64,000 bases of DNA from Chiloscyllium plagiosum (lineage: Eukaryota), in NCBI RefSeq assembly GCF_004010195.1, contig NC_057718.1:27849974-27913973 (forward strand), in the 5' to 3' direction. A model generated the notes under the pieces. It was given only the letters and a program-made list of their open reading frames with translations, was not told the DNA's origin and made no database searches. How positions within the stretch are numbered: position 1 is the first letter of the stretch; every line of letters begins with the position of its first letter. The position numbers were made by a program, and so were the translations under genes. Shown here in pieces: positions 38,466 to 51,850 of the stretch.

Positions 38466-40294
38466 TTTAGCATCTTTTCTGAGCATAATACAGTATTCAA
38501 TCTTCATTCTTTCCTGATCTTTGAACACTTTTCTGAAGTCCTTTTTGCAAATAACACTTGGACTGTTGTTGATGAATTTCTTCTATATACAGGAAAAGAT
38601 TAAGATCTATTCCAGCTCTTCTGCCCAAAATGGAAAACTCTTGATTGTGATGCACAGTATCTGTTTTCTCCTAGACTGCATGATTGCTGGGGGTATTATT
38701 TGACTTTCAATTCAATAACTCCTGGACCTTGTGACTGGATTTCTGCTGATTTCAGGCAATGGATTGATGGCCAAGGTTCTTTGTCTGGCAAACCATTATG
38801 CTAACCCTGGTGTATAAATTGAAATTTACAATATGTCATTGATATATGCAGGGTTTTTTTTATTTTTCTTTATTCTTTCATGGGATGTGATCAAGGTCAA
38901 CAATTGTCCCCCATCCCTAATTGCATGTGAACTAAATGGCTGGCTAGGCCTTTTCAAGAGATGGTTAAGAGTCAGTCACATTGACACTCTGTATTTAGAA
39001 TGCATGATGAAATAATTTTTCTCACCAGGAAAGTCTTTCAATTTGTCATCAAGTTAAGATTGTACCACTTCACTGATGTACACTTCATGTATGCAAACAT
39101 TTCTTGTAGGACTTTTAAAAGTAAGCATTTTCCTCTGTCACATTTTTCCAAAGTGCCCAACTTCTGTGGAGTGAAAGCATGCTGCTCTGTTTGCAGAACT
39201 ATCTTTGTGCTCTGAGGCTTTTTGGCATCACAAAGCTCACCATTTTTTATTGTGTCTTGCGCTTTTTCTCCCAGTTGTGCTTTCTTGTCCTCAGTTTATT
39301 TTATTGCCTCATGTATCACATTAATTGCACTGATGCTGTAGATCTCCTGCATTAAGGCTTTCCTTTCATTCTGAGAATTGTTCTGTTCTGCTTCTGGACA
39401 TCTTTTCTTGTCTCACCAGGGGTCTGGCTTTATCTAGGATGAGGTTGTCTGTAGACTGCAGTGAATCTGACTGGAATTTATCAGAAATGCATACAACAAT
39501 GCAAGCTCTGATTAATTCTGCTTTCAGATAGCCTATAATGAGTATTTAAACATCATCTATTGATCCATGTAGATTCTGGACTCTTCAGTTAAATCTGGGA
39601 CTTTCCAAAAACATGTTGGTTCTGAGATGGAAATAACCATCAAAAGCTTCTAAAAATTCATCAAATTTGTCTAATGTTTCTTTGTTTCCTTCTCAGGCAA
39701 TCAGATTATCTGTTATGCCTCTAATAAAAAAATGTTAGAATTTGTTTTCATTCACAGTTGCTATTTAACTTAGAAGTAATTCTATATTTTCAAAATCTTT
39801 CCCTCCACGGTGCCCAGTTCTAGGTCTGGTTTGGTCCATCACTGTGGACACAAATCTTCTTCATAAGGAATTTTTAAATTCCATGACTTCCTAAACTCGC
39901 TCGGTATTTTTTTTTTAAACTGTCTTCCAGTAATGTAGGCTTCCCCCATTCCTTCACCTCACTATGATTCTTCATACGGGCAAAGTTTTCTCTAAAACAT
40001 CTGACAGCATGGCCAGATACATTGCTTCAAAATCTTGTGAGACTTTCAAAACTGTTCTGCTTAACTTTTGAAATGATTAATTATGTCTCCATGCTCCAGA
40101 AGTACTACTTCAACCGCCTTCTTTGGTTTTACTTCTGCCTTGTGGTTTCCATGAGTAATGGCATCATTTGGAATCAAAGGGAAAGAATTTTAAAACGTAA
40201 AGTCGCCTGTTCAGCCTGATTATTGTGTGGTTCACTGGGCATTTTAAAGCTTGGTGAAGATTTTCTCATCTAATCCTTAACCTTTCATCAGCTC

Positions 40295-41199
40295 TGTTGT
40301 GGATGTGCTGGTGTTGGACTGGGATGGACAAGGTCTAAAATCACACAACACCAGATTATAAAGTCCAATAGGTTTATTTGAAAATGCAAGCTTTCGGAGC
40401 TCTGCTCTCTCCTTAGGCATAGTATGAAAGAGGGCTGGACGACCAACACTGAACTTATAAGCAGAAAAGTAGCTAATCTAAAACTGGCTACCTCCTGCCG
40501 AATCTTTAATCAGTTAGAAAAGAGAAGCAAGTTTCTTTTGATTAAAATACAAAATCCAGATTTCTTTCAAGTCATTATCCCAAGATAATTAAAGGTTTTA
40601 TCTGTACATATTAAGGTGAAATCTTAGGTCAGACAGTGCATTCTTGGCATAAGGCCATGCTCAGACTCCATCTGTGTTTTAAACTGGAATCAGGCTGCTT
40701 CTTTTTTGGATTAAATGGAATGGATTTGCATCTACACAAGCATCTTTTGGGTCATTGTAGTGTGACATGAACCCAACATCATGGTTGAGGCCAACCCCTT
40801 AGATACGGAACTTGGCTATCAGCCTCTGCTCGGCTACTCTGTGTTGTTTGAATCTTGAAGCCTGCTTTGGAGAATGCTTATCCAAAGATCGGAGGTTGAA
40901 TGTTCTTGAACGCTGAAGTGTTCTCCCAGCCTGATTCCAGTTCAAAACACAGATGGAGTCTGAGCATGGCCTTAAGCCTAGAATGCATTGTCTGACCTAA
41001 GATGTCACCTTAGTATGTACAGATAAAACCTTTAATTGAAGATTTATCAGAAGGCAGCCAGTTTTAGAGTAGCTACCGTTCTGCTTATAAAGACTACGTC
41101 GGCATTCCTTCCCTCTTTCATACTATACCTGAGGAAGGAGCAGAGCTCCGAAAGTTTCCATTTGCAAATATACCTATTGGACAATAACCTGATTTTTGA
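40295..41199. mobile_element. Palindromic PLE relic with GIY-YIG remnant and about 14-15 bp TSD
   Basis: cctttcatcagctc (40281-40294) and ccttttatcagctc (41200-41213); inverted arms; minus-strand GEHFS..VAEQRLIAKF..GLN..GFMSHY at about 40757-40927; degenerate hammerheads at about 40385-40420 (-) and 41126-41157 (+). Confidence 0.85.
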
Positions 41200-41564
41200 C
41201 CTTTTATCAGCTCAGCAGCTTAATTCTGGAACTGCACTGGTCACACAGATTGCCTCCTTTTGCAATGTAGCCTGAACACATCTCTGTCCTTCATCCTTCT
41301 CAGTCTCTATGTCTCCACTTCTCTTATGGTTCTGCTCTGGATTTTTTCAGTTTTCACTCTCCTTTCAGGTCTGAAGTTGAATCTTCTTCCATGTTGATTT
41401 TTGAATTTTTGTGGATTGTTCATTCCAGTTTCCAGCATCCAGTAGCTGCCACCATGCTGTAAGAGTTGGTACAGAGTTATTCAACTTCAGGGTCTAATTA
41501 GTGGAGAATACAGGGTCTCCTGTATGTTAAGAGAACTACTTTATTTCATAAGTGCAAGTCATAT

Positions 41565-42495
41565 ATTTGGATGAGAATATAGGAAGCAAGGTTAGTAAGT
41601 TTTGCAGATGACATCAAAATTGGTGATTTAGTGGACAGTGAAGAAGTTTATCTAAGATTACAATGGATCTTGATCATTTGGGCCAATGAGCTGTGGAGTG
41701 TCAGATGGAGCTAACTTGTATAAATGCAGGGTGTTGCGTTTTGGTAAGATGAGCAAGGGCAGGATTTATTCAGTTAATGGTAGGTCCTGGGTAGTGTTGT
41801 AGATCTGAGAGACCTAGGGGTTCAGGCACAAAGTTCTTTGAAAGTTGTGTCACAGGTAGAGAGGGTGATTAAGAAGGTGTTTAGCATGCTTGCCTTCATT
41901 GTTCAGACCATTGAGTGTAGGAGTTGGGATTCATATTGAGGCTGTACAGGATGCTGATGAGACTACTTTTGGAGTACTGAGGTTGCCCTGTTGTCAGATG
42001 GATATTATTAAATTTGGAGAGGGTTCAGAAAAGAGTTACAAGGATGTTGCCAGGACTGGAGGGTTTGAGTCATAATGGGAGGCTGGATAGGCTGGGACCT
42101 TTTTCACTGGGCTGTAGGTGGTGATGGGTGACCTTATAAAGACTTTAAAAATTTTGAGGAGCATAGATAAGGTCTTTTCCATGGGGTAGGGGAGTTCAAA
42201 ACTAGACGGCAAAATTTTAAGGAGTGAGGAGAAAGATTTAATATGGACCCGAGGGGCAACTTTTTCATAGACAGGATGTTTCATGTGTGGAATGACCTGC
42301 CAGAGAAAATGGTAGCTGCAGGCATAGTTACAACATTTAAAAGACATTTAGACAGGTCCATGAATAGGAAAAGTTTAGTGGGTTATGGGCCAAAGGCAGG
42401 AAAATGGGACTAGTTTAGTTTGGGAAACTTAGTCGGCATGGACGAGTTGGACTGAAGTGTTTGTTTCCATGGTGTATGACTCTAAGACTATGATT
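41565..42495 (+). mobile_element. CR1 LINE, 5'-truncated, decayed
   Basis: tttgcagatgac (FADD) and a CR1 3' UTR with tail. Confidence 0.9.
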
Positions 42496-42971
42496 TTATG
42501 TAAACCATTACAGTAATAAACCTGACTGCATTCAAGTCCACTCAAGATCTCCCTCTTATGTCTTCTCTGACAGCATTACATGGGCTCACACTTTCCTGCA
42601 TATTAACACTTCCAGAATCTTTCAGATTGTTATACCAATCTGATGCTAGAGGTGGAGAATCAGTATTACTGGATCAAGCCCAACTGTCTTGCCCTGTCAG
42701 CACTAGAACTCCAAAGAACCACAACAGATATGTTGCGTCCAGAAATGGAGTGATCCTGAAACACATAATCCAGAAATCCTCAGGTTCAATCATTGATTGG
42801 CTGTGAGTTAGCTAATCTTAGCAGATATGGAGATAGTCATTACGCTCCATATTCCAAACTTTAGGAAGGAGAAAATCTTCTTCAAATTCCCTCTTTCTGA
42901 TATCAAGGGACCAGAAGATTACCTGTGCTCATGAACCATGTATAAACAGAAATTATAAGTTTGCCATTTCT

Positions 42972-43605
42972 ACAGTCTTGGAGTGATGATCACTAACAAC
43001 CTCTCTTGACCAATCATGTTGATGTGATGGTCAAGAAGGCACAACAACGCTGCTTCTTCCTCTGGAGGCTACTGAAATTTGGCATGTCCATAACAACCCT
43101 CACCAACGTTTACAGCTGCACCATAGAAAACATTCTATCTGGATGCATCATGGCTTGGTATAGCAACTGCTCTGCCCGGCACCATAAGGAACTACAGCAA
43201 GCTGTGTACACGCAAGCCAACCTTCCATCCATGGACTCCATCTATACAGCATGCTTCCAGAGAAAGCCGACCAAGGTTAAAGACCTTTCAATCCCGCTTA
43301 TAATCTCTTCCAACATCTTTCATCAGACAGAAGATACAAAAGTTTAAATGTATGTACCAACAGGTTCAAGAGCAGCTTCTGCCTCACTGTTATTAGACTT
43401 TTGAATGGGCCTCTCAAGCTTCAAATTTAATGTTGATCTTGCTTTGTCTACATCTTCTTTGTAGCCATAGTTTTGTATTCCTTGCTCTGTTCAAACACCC
43501 TACAATCTTTGTGTCGTTTGCATGTTATGATCTACCTGTGCTGCACGGAAAATACAACTTTTCACTGTACTTAGGTACGTATCAATAGTAAATCAAATTA
43601 AAATA
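42972..43605 (+). mobile_element. Rex1/Babar LINE 3' fragment
   Basis: VKKAQQRCFFLWRLLKFG...YSCTIENILSGCIMAWY peptide. Confidence 0.85.
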
Positions 43606-43665
43606 AGTCCTGCGGTTGCTGGTGAAAATATGCTGTTTTTGTAATCTCACCCATACAGCAGCAAT

Positions 43666-44069
43666 CAGATTATAAGTTTGTTCACTGAGCTGGTAGATTT
43701 ATTCTCAGACTTTTCATCATCATGCTGGGTAACATCGTCAGTGAGCCTCCGTTGAAGCACTGATGTTCTGTCCCACTTTCTATTTATATGTCTTGGTCTG
43801 TTAAGGTAGGTAACATCATGCCCAATAGCATCCTCCAGACCATTATCCTCTAAGATACTTGTAATTCTCTGATTCACATTCCTTGAAATCACCCACCTTA
43901 ACAGATCAAGACACATAAATAGAAAGCGGGGCAGAACACCAGCGCTTCAACGGAGGCTCACTGATGATGTTATCCAGCATGATAATGAAATGTGAGAACA
44001 AACCTACCAGCTCAGTGAGCAAACTTACAACCTGAACCTCACCTGAGCTACAAATCTTCTCAAAAATCA
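43666..44069. mobile_element. Palindromic PLE derivative of a different family, with hammerhead motifs
   Basis: Arms about 43666-43815 and 43888-44034; CUCA-CUGACGA-stem-GAAA-AGUC-UGAG on minus (43704-43745) and CUGAUGA..GAAA on plus (43957-43996); possible diverged TSD catacagcagcaat / catacaacaacagt. Confidence 0.8.
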
Positions 44070-44074
44070 CATAC

Positions 44075-44915
44075 AACAACAGTAAATGTTTATATTGCAC
44101 CTTTAACATAATAAGACACACTAAGATGTTCCAGCAACATTATAAGACAAAATAGCTACATAAGAACATATGAAGGCAGATGAGTTAGGTTTTAAGGAAT
44201 GTCTGAAAGAAAGAAAGTGATATGGAGACATTTAGGGAGAAAATTCCAGAGGTTGGGGAGCAGGCCTCTGAAGGCATGACTACCAGTTGTAAACTGATTT
44301 AATTTGGGGATTTTTCAAGGGGTGTGAACTTGAGAATTACAAATATCTTGCAGGATTATGGTCTGGAGAATGCTATAGGGAATGGTGGAGCAAGGTAATG
44401 GGGGGAGTTGAATACATGAGTGAGAATTTTAAAAGAGAAGTATTACTTAACCAGGAGCCAATGTAGGTCAGCAAGCATATAAGTGAACAGGATTTTGTCC
44501 AAGTTAGGAAGTGTACAATTAAGTTCTAGATGATGCTAAGTGCAGCAAGCGTAGAACATACAAACCCAGCTGGGAATGCCTTAAAATAGTCAAGCCTAGA
44601 AATAACAAAAGCTTGGAAAAGATTTTAAGCAGTTGCTGATCTGAGACAAAAGTAAAGTAATGAAGAATGGATTGAAAAGGTGGGAACAGGTAGTTTTCAT
44701 ACCGACACAGATACTGAGGTAGGAGACTCATTAGAGAAATATGTGAGGTAGGAGGCTCATCACAAAGTCACCTATGACACCAAACTTGTGAACAGTCTAG
44801 TCAGTCTCAGACAGTTGTCATGGAGAGGGATGGAGTTTGTGTTAAGGGAGCAGAGTTTATGTTGATGGCTGAAAGCAACAGCTTCAGTCTTTCTCATGTT
44901 TAACGGGAGAAAATT
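44075..44915 (-). mobile_element. L2-like LINE 3' remnant
   Basis: tttatattgcacctttaac tail region and purine-rich L2-type body. Confidence 0.6.
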
Positions 44916-45604
44916 TCTAGTGTGGACCAGCAGACAAAATAATTAGTTTTTCGAAGAATATCTGTAAGATTTTCTTGAGGTTTTTATTTGATTTTAATAG
45001 GCAATATTTGGTTTTCAGGAGCTCCTTTTTTTTTTTAACTTTTATTAGATATTGTAGCAATGTAGGAAAGTTACCTTTTGTTTATGTTTATTCCTTTTTA
45101 GGGTGTTCTTTCAAAAGATAAGATTGCATAATTACCAAAGATTGTGCGCAAACATATATGCTAAATCTTTTAACTTAACATCTAAAAATAAGATGGTTTT
45201 TCTCATTTATTATCAATAAATCTCTTACACTCCATTTTCAAAACTAAAGTTCTAACTATTCAGTACAAGGTAACTTATTGGGAATAACTCTTCAGAGTTA
45301 AGATCAGATTTTATTTTACAGCCAAATAAAAACATGAGAGAAGGAGATTTCTTGGTAATATAAAACAAGTTGAAGATGCAGACGGTAAATGTAGTGTGAT
45401 ATTCAATGCATGATCTTTTAGCTTGTCCATATTTACATACCAGAAGAAGGAAACAAACCATTCAATTTAAGTCTCGAGAGTGCTACACCAAAGATCAAAG
45501 TGGCATCAGGTGGATGAATGCCAAGGTGTGTTGTTGTTCCATAAGATCCATCCCACCATCATCATCCCAGCGGAGTCCTGGGCCCAGTATCCCACCAGCA
45601 TCCT

Positions 45605-45735
45605 TCCTGAAGAAGGGCTTATGCCCGAAACGTCGATTCTCCTGTTCCTTGGATGCTGCCTGACCTGCTACGCTTTTCCAGCAACACATTTTCAGCTCTG
45701 ATCTCCAGCATCTGCAGTCCTCACTTTCTCCTCCA
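45605..45735 (+). ncRNA. PLE terminal repeat with an intact minimal hammerhead motif (45605-45636)
   Basis: UC-CUGAAGA-A-GGGC-uuau-GCCC-GAAAC-GUC-GA followed by ggatgctgcctgacctgc...ccagcatctgcagtcc. Confidence 0.8.
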
Positions 45736-45802
45736 GGATCCCACCAACCTTGCTGAAACAAAATGATTGCAGATTTCAAAATACAGTCTGTGACTAATAC
45801 CA

Positions 45803-46262
45803 TACATAAGATGTAGGAACAGAAATGGATCATTTGGCCCATCAAGACTGCTCCACATTCAATGAGATCGTGACTATCTGATAATCCTCAACTCCACTTT
45901 CCCATCTTTTGCTTATGACCATTGATTCCCTTACTGATAGAAAAATCCATCTACCTCCGTCTTGAATATTCTTAAAGACTCAATCTCACCAGCTCTCTGC
46001 AGTAACAAATTCCACAGATTCACAACCCTCTGAGACAAGAAATTCTCCTCATCTCTGTTCTAACTGGGTGACCTTTACTCTGAGATTATGGCCTCTGGTC
46101 CTAGGCCTCTTCAACAAGGGGAAACAACCTCTTCCCATTGACTCTGTCAAGCCCCTTAAGAATCTTATAGGTTTCAATAAAGTCATCTCTCATTCTTGTG
46201 AACAGTAACATGAGCAGGGCCAACCTATTAAACATCCCCTCATAACAAAAACCCTCCATTCT
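45803..46262 (-). mobile_element. CR1 subfamily C 3' fragment
   Basis: DFIETYKILKGLDRVNGKRLFPLVE peptide. Confidence 0.8.
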
Positions 46263-46264
46263 CA

Positions 46265-46492
46265 GGACTACTCCCATTCCCTCGACTACTTTCAATATAA
46301 TCTCCCCATCCCACACCCCTCTCCCATTTATCTCTCCACCCCCAAGGCTCCCAGTCTCATTCCTGATGAAGGGCCTTTCCCCGAAACGTTGATTTTCCTG
46401 CTCCTCGGAAAAAAACTACCTGACCTGTTGTGCTTTTCCAGCACCATTCTAATCTTGGCTCTAATCTCCAGCATCTGCAGTACCCACCTCCG
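46265..46492 (+). mobile_element. PLE terminal repeat with hammerhead motif (46361-46392)
   Basis: CUGAUGA-A-GGGC-cuuu-CCCC-GAAAC-GUU; same family as 45605 and 62625. Confidence 0.75.
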
Positions 46493-46519
46493 CCTACTTC
46501 TAATACCAGTACATCTTTC

Positions 46520-48190
46520 CTTAAATAATGGAGAAGTTGTAATGGTGAGCAAAGAAATGGTGGAGGAACTGACCATTTCCTTTGGTCACTTTGCATCAGT
46601 CTTCATGGGGGAAGACACCAGTAACATATCAGACTTCAAGAGAATCAAGGGGCAGAATGAGGGGCAGGACAATGTGCTGGGGACACTGAAAGGTCTGAAT
46701 GTGGATAAATCACTCAGACTGGATGGATTATACCCTGGGCTCTGATGGAGGTAGCTGAGGAAATTGTAGAAACATTTGCGGTGATTTTTCAGGAGTCATG
46801 AAGGGCCCCAAAAGCTTTAAAAATGGCTACCATAACACCCCTGTTCAAGAAGGAAGGGAGCAGAAGATGGGAAATTATAGCCAGTTAGCTTGACCTTGGT
46901 TGATGGTGAGATTTTAGAGTCCATTATTAAGATTGAGATTGTAGAATCACATTATAAAATAGGGCTGAGTCAGCATGGTTTTGTCAAGTGGGAGGCCATG
47001 CCTGACAAATCTATTAGAATTCTTTGATGAGGTAACAAACAAGTTAGACAAACAGTGGGCATGATTTATTTGGATTTCCAGAATGCCTTTGACAAGGTAT
47101 CGTAGAGGAGTCTGCTAAATAAGATAAGAGCCCATGGTATTAGAGGCAAGGTACTGGCATGGATAGAGCATTGGCTGACTGGCAGAAGGCAGAGAGTGGG
47201 GATAAAAGGGTCTTTTTCAGGCTGAGAGCCAATGACTGGTGCAGTTCTGCAGGGTTCACTGCTGGGACCACAAGTATTGCATTATACATCAATGATCTGG
47301 ACAAAAGAACTGAGGCAGTGTTGCTAAGTTTGCAGATGATACAAAGGCAGGTGGAAGAACAGGTCATGTTGACGAAGCAGGGAGGCTGCAGAAGGACATG
47401 GACAGGCTAGGAGAATGAGTAAAGAAGTGACAGATAGAATGAAGTGTAAAAATGTGATGTTATGCACTTTGATAGGAAGAATAGAGGTATAGACTATTTC
47501 TAAACAGGGAGAAGCTTCAGAAATCTGAAGCACAAAGGGATTTAAAAGTGCTAGTTCAGGATTCTCTTCAGACTAACATACAAGATCATTTGGCAGTTAG
47601 AAAGGCAAATGCAATGTTAGCATTCATTTCAAGGGGGCTACAATACAAGAGCGGGGATGTACTGCTAAGGCTGTATAAGGCTCTGGTCAGACCACGTTTG
47701 GAATATTATGAGCAGTGTTGGGCACCATATCTAACAGAGGATGTGCTGGTCTTGGAGGAGGTCCAGAAGAGGTTTACAAGAATGATCCTGGGGATGAAGG
47801 GCTTGTAATAAAGAAGAGTGATTCAGGACTCTGGGTGATCTGATCCAAACCTACAGAATATTGAGAGGCCTGGGTAGAGTGGACATGGAGACAATGTTTC
47901 CACTAGTAGGAGACCCTAGAACAGCTTCAGATTGAAGGGATAACCCTTTTGAACTGAGAGGAGGAGTTATTTCTTCAGCTAGAGGGTGGTAATTCTGTGG
48001 AACTCATTGCTGCAGAAAGCTGTGGAGGCCAAGTTATTGAGTGTCTTTAAGACAGAGATAGATAGATTCTTGATTAGTAAGAGGATCATTAGTTATGAGG
48101 AGAAGGCAGGGGAATTGGGTTGAGAAACATATCAGCTGTGATCAAATGGTGAAGCAGACTTGATGTTAACTGAATGTTAAATTCTAAATG
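46520..48190 (+). mobile_element. CR1 subfamily C RT region, decayed
   Basis: YINDLD, AVRKANAMLAFISRG and LYKALVRPRLEY peptides. Confidence 0.9.
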
Positions 48191-48557
48191 TCATTGTCAC
48201 TGTTTCTAGTGGATTGTTTTTTCTGAGATCATTTAGTAAAACTGTCTCAATAATGTGAAATACAGTGTGTTATCTCTTTCATGTGCAAACATATTAAAAT
48301 GTTTATTTTTACCTTGACAGTCATGTTACTTTACCTTAGGCTCTAGCTTAGAAAACCTCTCTTCCCCCTATACCCCAATCCCCCTCTTACCAGCTGAAAC
48401 TTCAGCTAGCCTCAGTGGACCTTTACCTTGCTCAATTAGGCAGAGTGATGGCTCTTAATGTGTGCTCTGATATTGATAAAATCTCACTTGTGCTGAGGAA
48501 CTGGTTGGACTAGCTCCTCAAAGCACAGGTTCCCTCACTCTTGCCCTTATTAAGACC

Positions 48558-48790
48558 ATAACATGTAAGATGTTATGCCACTTAGTCCATCGAGTATGAA
48601 CTCTCATTCAATGAGATCATGGCTGATCTGATAATCTGCAACTCCATGTTCCTGTGTTTTCCCCATTACCCTTGATTCCTTGAAATCTTTCTATCTCATC
48701 CTTGAATATACTCATTGACCTGGTTTTGAATCTCACAGAAATCACTACCCTCTGAGAAAAGAAGTTTCTCCTCATCTCTGTTTCAAATAG
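48558..48790 (-). mobile_element. CR1 subfamily C 3' fragment
   Basis: EMRRNFFSQRVV peptide. Confidence 0.75.
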
Positions 48791-49904
48791 ATGACCATAT
48801 GCTCCTCCAATCATAGATTCTGTCTCTTGAGGAGCAGCAAGAGAGGGAGGGAATCTGTGATTGGAGGTGTTGGAGTCAGACAGATTCTCTTATTGGAGAG
48901 GCTGCTCTCCACATCTTCTGTTTCCATTACGCACAGGAATGAACTCAATCCTTGTTTGGTCACCCACGATTGTTTTTTTTCCCTACGTGTTTTGTAGGCT
49001 TTTAGTCTGGGCTTGTGGAAGAGTTTGGAAACTTCAACTTGAAATATTAACTTTGTTTCTCTCTACTCAGATGCTTCTAAACTGTTGAACTTCTCCAGCA
49101 CTTCCTGTTTTTATTTGGGATTCTATCCTATTCTGACAGATGGTGGCACTAATTGAGGTCACACATAGAATCAATAATCCCCTGTTGCTTGGGAATTCCT
49201 GCCACTTCATAAAATTACATTGGTTAGTTATGCTGCTGCTGTGCCCAAGGGGTGTTTATTAACTGACTTGAGCTACCAAACAATGCAACTATGAATGACT
49301 TAATGCATCTATGCACAATTGATTGGCTAATGTTAATGAAGTTTCCTGTTGCAGCCTGAAATTATCCGGCAGCATAAATATTCAGCATGGTTGTGATGTT
49401 TGCAGTCACTGACAGTGTCATTCTTGTGGTGAAAGTGAGCATTACGTTAAGTCGCTGTATGTGGCTTGGGTTAAAGTTGGTTCTATTTTGAAGTGTGACC
49501 ATGGTAAGCATTGCTTCTATGCCCAGTCTGAAGGTGTGAATGTTTGTGCTTTGTTTCCTGATAAATGTGAGTATCATGATGCGTCTCTTAATGCTATGTA
49601 ATTTTCTTTGCTTCTCTTTGTCCTTCAAACAACAAAGTTGTGAGGGTATTTCCAAGTGGAAACCAATTGAGCTCTCTTCAGTTAGTAGCAGTGAAAATTA
49701 GTCTTTGAGCAAAAGACAGAGACTCAAATAGTCAAGGAATGTCAGTGATAAATAACAATAAAAATTTTGTGCATCTCTACTATACACTTTTTAATTATCA
49801 AGTAGCAAGCCTATTTATTTGAGCATTAATAAACATAAATTTTGAATGTGCAAAAGAGCATTAATAATGATGACTGCCAATTTTAAGTGATAGCCCATTT
49901 TAAG

Positions 49905-50237
49905 GGGAGGCAATGACCTAAGTGTTATTATCACTAGATAGTTAATCTAGAGACTCAGATAACATTCTAGCAACTGGAGTTTGAACCTCACCACAGTGGG
50001 ATTATTAAATTTGAATTAAATAAAAATTCGAAATTTAGAGTCTCATGGTGACCATGAATCCATTGTCGACTGTTGGAAAAAATCCATCCCCATGGGGAAG
50101 GAAACTGCCATTCTTTCCTGGTCTGGCGTCCATGTGACTCCAGACCCAAAGCAATGTGGTTGACTCTTAACTGCAAGATGGACAATAAATGCTGGCCTAG
50201 CCAGCAACACCCTCATCCTGAGAATGAATTTAAAAAA
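49905..50237 (+). mobile_element. Second SINE family
   Basis: Ends in caataaatgctggcctagccagc...catcctgagaatgaat. Confidence 0.82.
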
Positions 50238-51589
50238 GGTATCATTCAGGTATGAGGAAGGAAAATTAGATAAAGCAACCACGGTCCAAAGTCTCAGAGA
50301 ATGGATCTCTGCACTATTTTCTAACCCTGTTGGTCAGAGAACTCTCTTAAAAATTGGATTTAGATTTAGATTTTATTTTCACATGTACTCGAGTACAGGA
50401 GTACAAGAGTATAGCGAAAAGTGTACAAAATTCTCATTCTCTGGCACCATCTTAGTATACAAAGGCCAGAATTAAAGACAGAAGCAGAAATAAAAGAAAC
50501 GGCCAAAAGAAAATAAAACATCCAGATCGCTCCCCTGCCTCTGCCATGAGTCCTCACTGTCAGAAAAACAAAGCCACCAAGTCCATCCCTCAGTCTGTGA
50601 ACACTCAAGTGCCCCAAATCAGTCAACTGTCTCTGTGAGAACATGGAAGAAAAATGTTCACATTTTGGTCATTCGAAATCAATATCACAAGAATATAACT
50701 CTTCTATTATTGCAACACTGCACTGATGGGAATATTTTTGAAATTACATTTTGGACAGCACACAGAAATATAATTGGCTTGGAGCAAATGGCCCACTTAG
50801 GAGTTAGATTAAAGTTCAACCATACTTGAGAACATTAACAGTAGAATTTATGCCTTTGTCCTCATGTAAAACCCACTTTCTCCCTGTGGCCCAAATGGTT
50901 GTTTCTAATAATAATTTTCTTGCTTTCAAACCCTGCTATGATATTTCTCATATTTCCCAACTATTTTCTGATAGACGTCTGCAGTCTGTGTACCTACAGA
51001 CATGAGCTTACTCCTTATTTGAATTTTCAATTTTTGAAAAATCATCTTCAATAGATTGTGTCAAGATGGCCAAAACAACCATTTGTTCCTCAAACCATAG
51101 ATTCTATCTCTTGAGGAGCAATAGAAGTGGTTGAGAGGGAACTTGTGATTGGAGGAGCTGGAATGAGATAAGATCTCTGATTGGAGGAGCAGCAAAATCC
51201 TCACAGATTCTGTCTCTATCATGCACCGAGGAGAGTTCATTTCCTGACTGGTCACCCCATCACTGAATTTTTTTTCCTGTCAAAACCTGATTTTTCAATT
51301 TTCAAATGTTCAACATTCCAGGAGAGGACAAAGAATTCAAATACTTTATACCAAATACTTTAATGATTGGGCAGAATGGTGGCAGAATAGGAAATGAAAA
51401 GGAAGCAAATCCTGGATCTCACTACCTCTTGGGATGTCCTGTCTCAAACTCTCAAAAGATATGTGGGTTCAGAATTAGCCTGTTTAATTACATGAAGGTC
51501 CATGCCAGATATTCATGACTCTGAGTAGATATCCTCCTTGAATTGAGAGACTGCTAACAACAACAAGAGCTCACTCTCTGTCAAAAAGG

Positions 51590-51850
51590 ACGTCTTGCAT
51601 TTACAAAGCACTTTTCATGACCACCAGATGTCTTAAAGCACTTTATAGCCAATGATGCTCCATTTTTTAAAACCGTGATCATAGAGGAAGCACAACAACC
51701 AATTGCACTCAGCAAACTCCCATGAACAGCATTATGCTAATAGTTTCTTGTACTGTTGATTGAGTGATAAATATTGACCTGGACTTCAGCAATAATCGCA
51801 CTGCTCTATTTAAAAATGGGATTATTTACATTAACTCAAGCAGACTCATT
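51590..51850 (-). mobile_element. Old DeuSINE/SacSINE1-like element
   Basis: cttgcatttac..aaagcactttatagccaatga..cagcaaactcccatgaacagca..gttgattgagtgataaatattg resembles the Deu-domain SINE consensus as I recall it. Confidence 0.55.

Larger units (their letters stand above)
32100..42950 (-). mobile_element. Decayed Ty3/Gypsy element (LTR-PBS-gag-pol 5' half), fragmented by six insertions
   Basis: PBS-like TGGTGGCAGC at 41445-41454 next to CA; gag FDGYFHLRTN..ELIRACIVV..LILDKA (39400-39700); knuckle CFH..VGHFGKMC (about 39140-39190); RT PRKIPYP..EMTRIGVISPV (38165-38280) continuing as EWCSSMVPV..CVDLTQLNK..KLDANSGF (32200-32400). The LTR outer boundary is uncertain. Confidence 0.82.

Noticed and set aside
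16260..45385. Isolated exon-like bits (16261-16391 with FCCPLCYDLL, 25765-25910 minus, 26530-26705, 45102-45195, 45322-45384)
   Set aside because: Splice-like signals are present, but the segments have stops or weak donors and no recognisable homology; this is expected by chance in AT-rich DNA.
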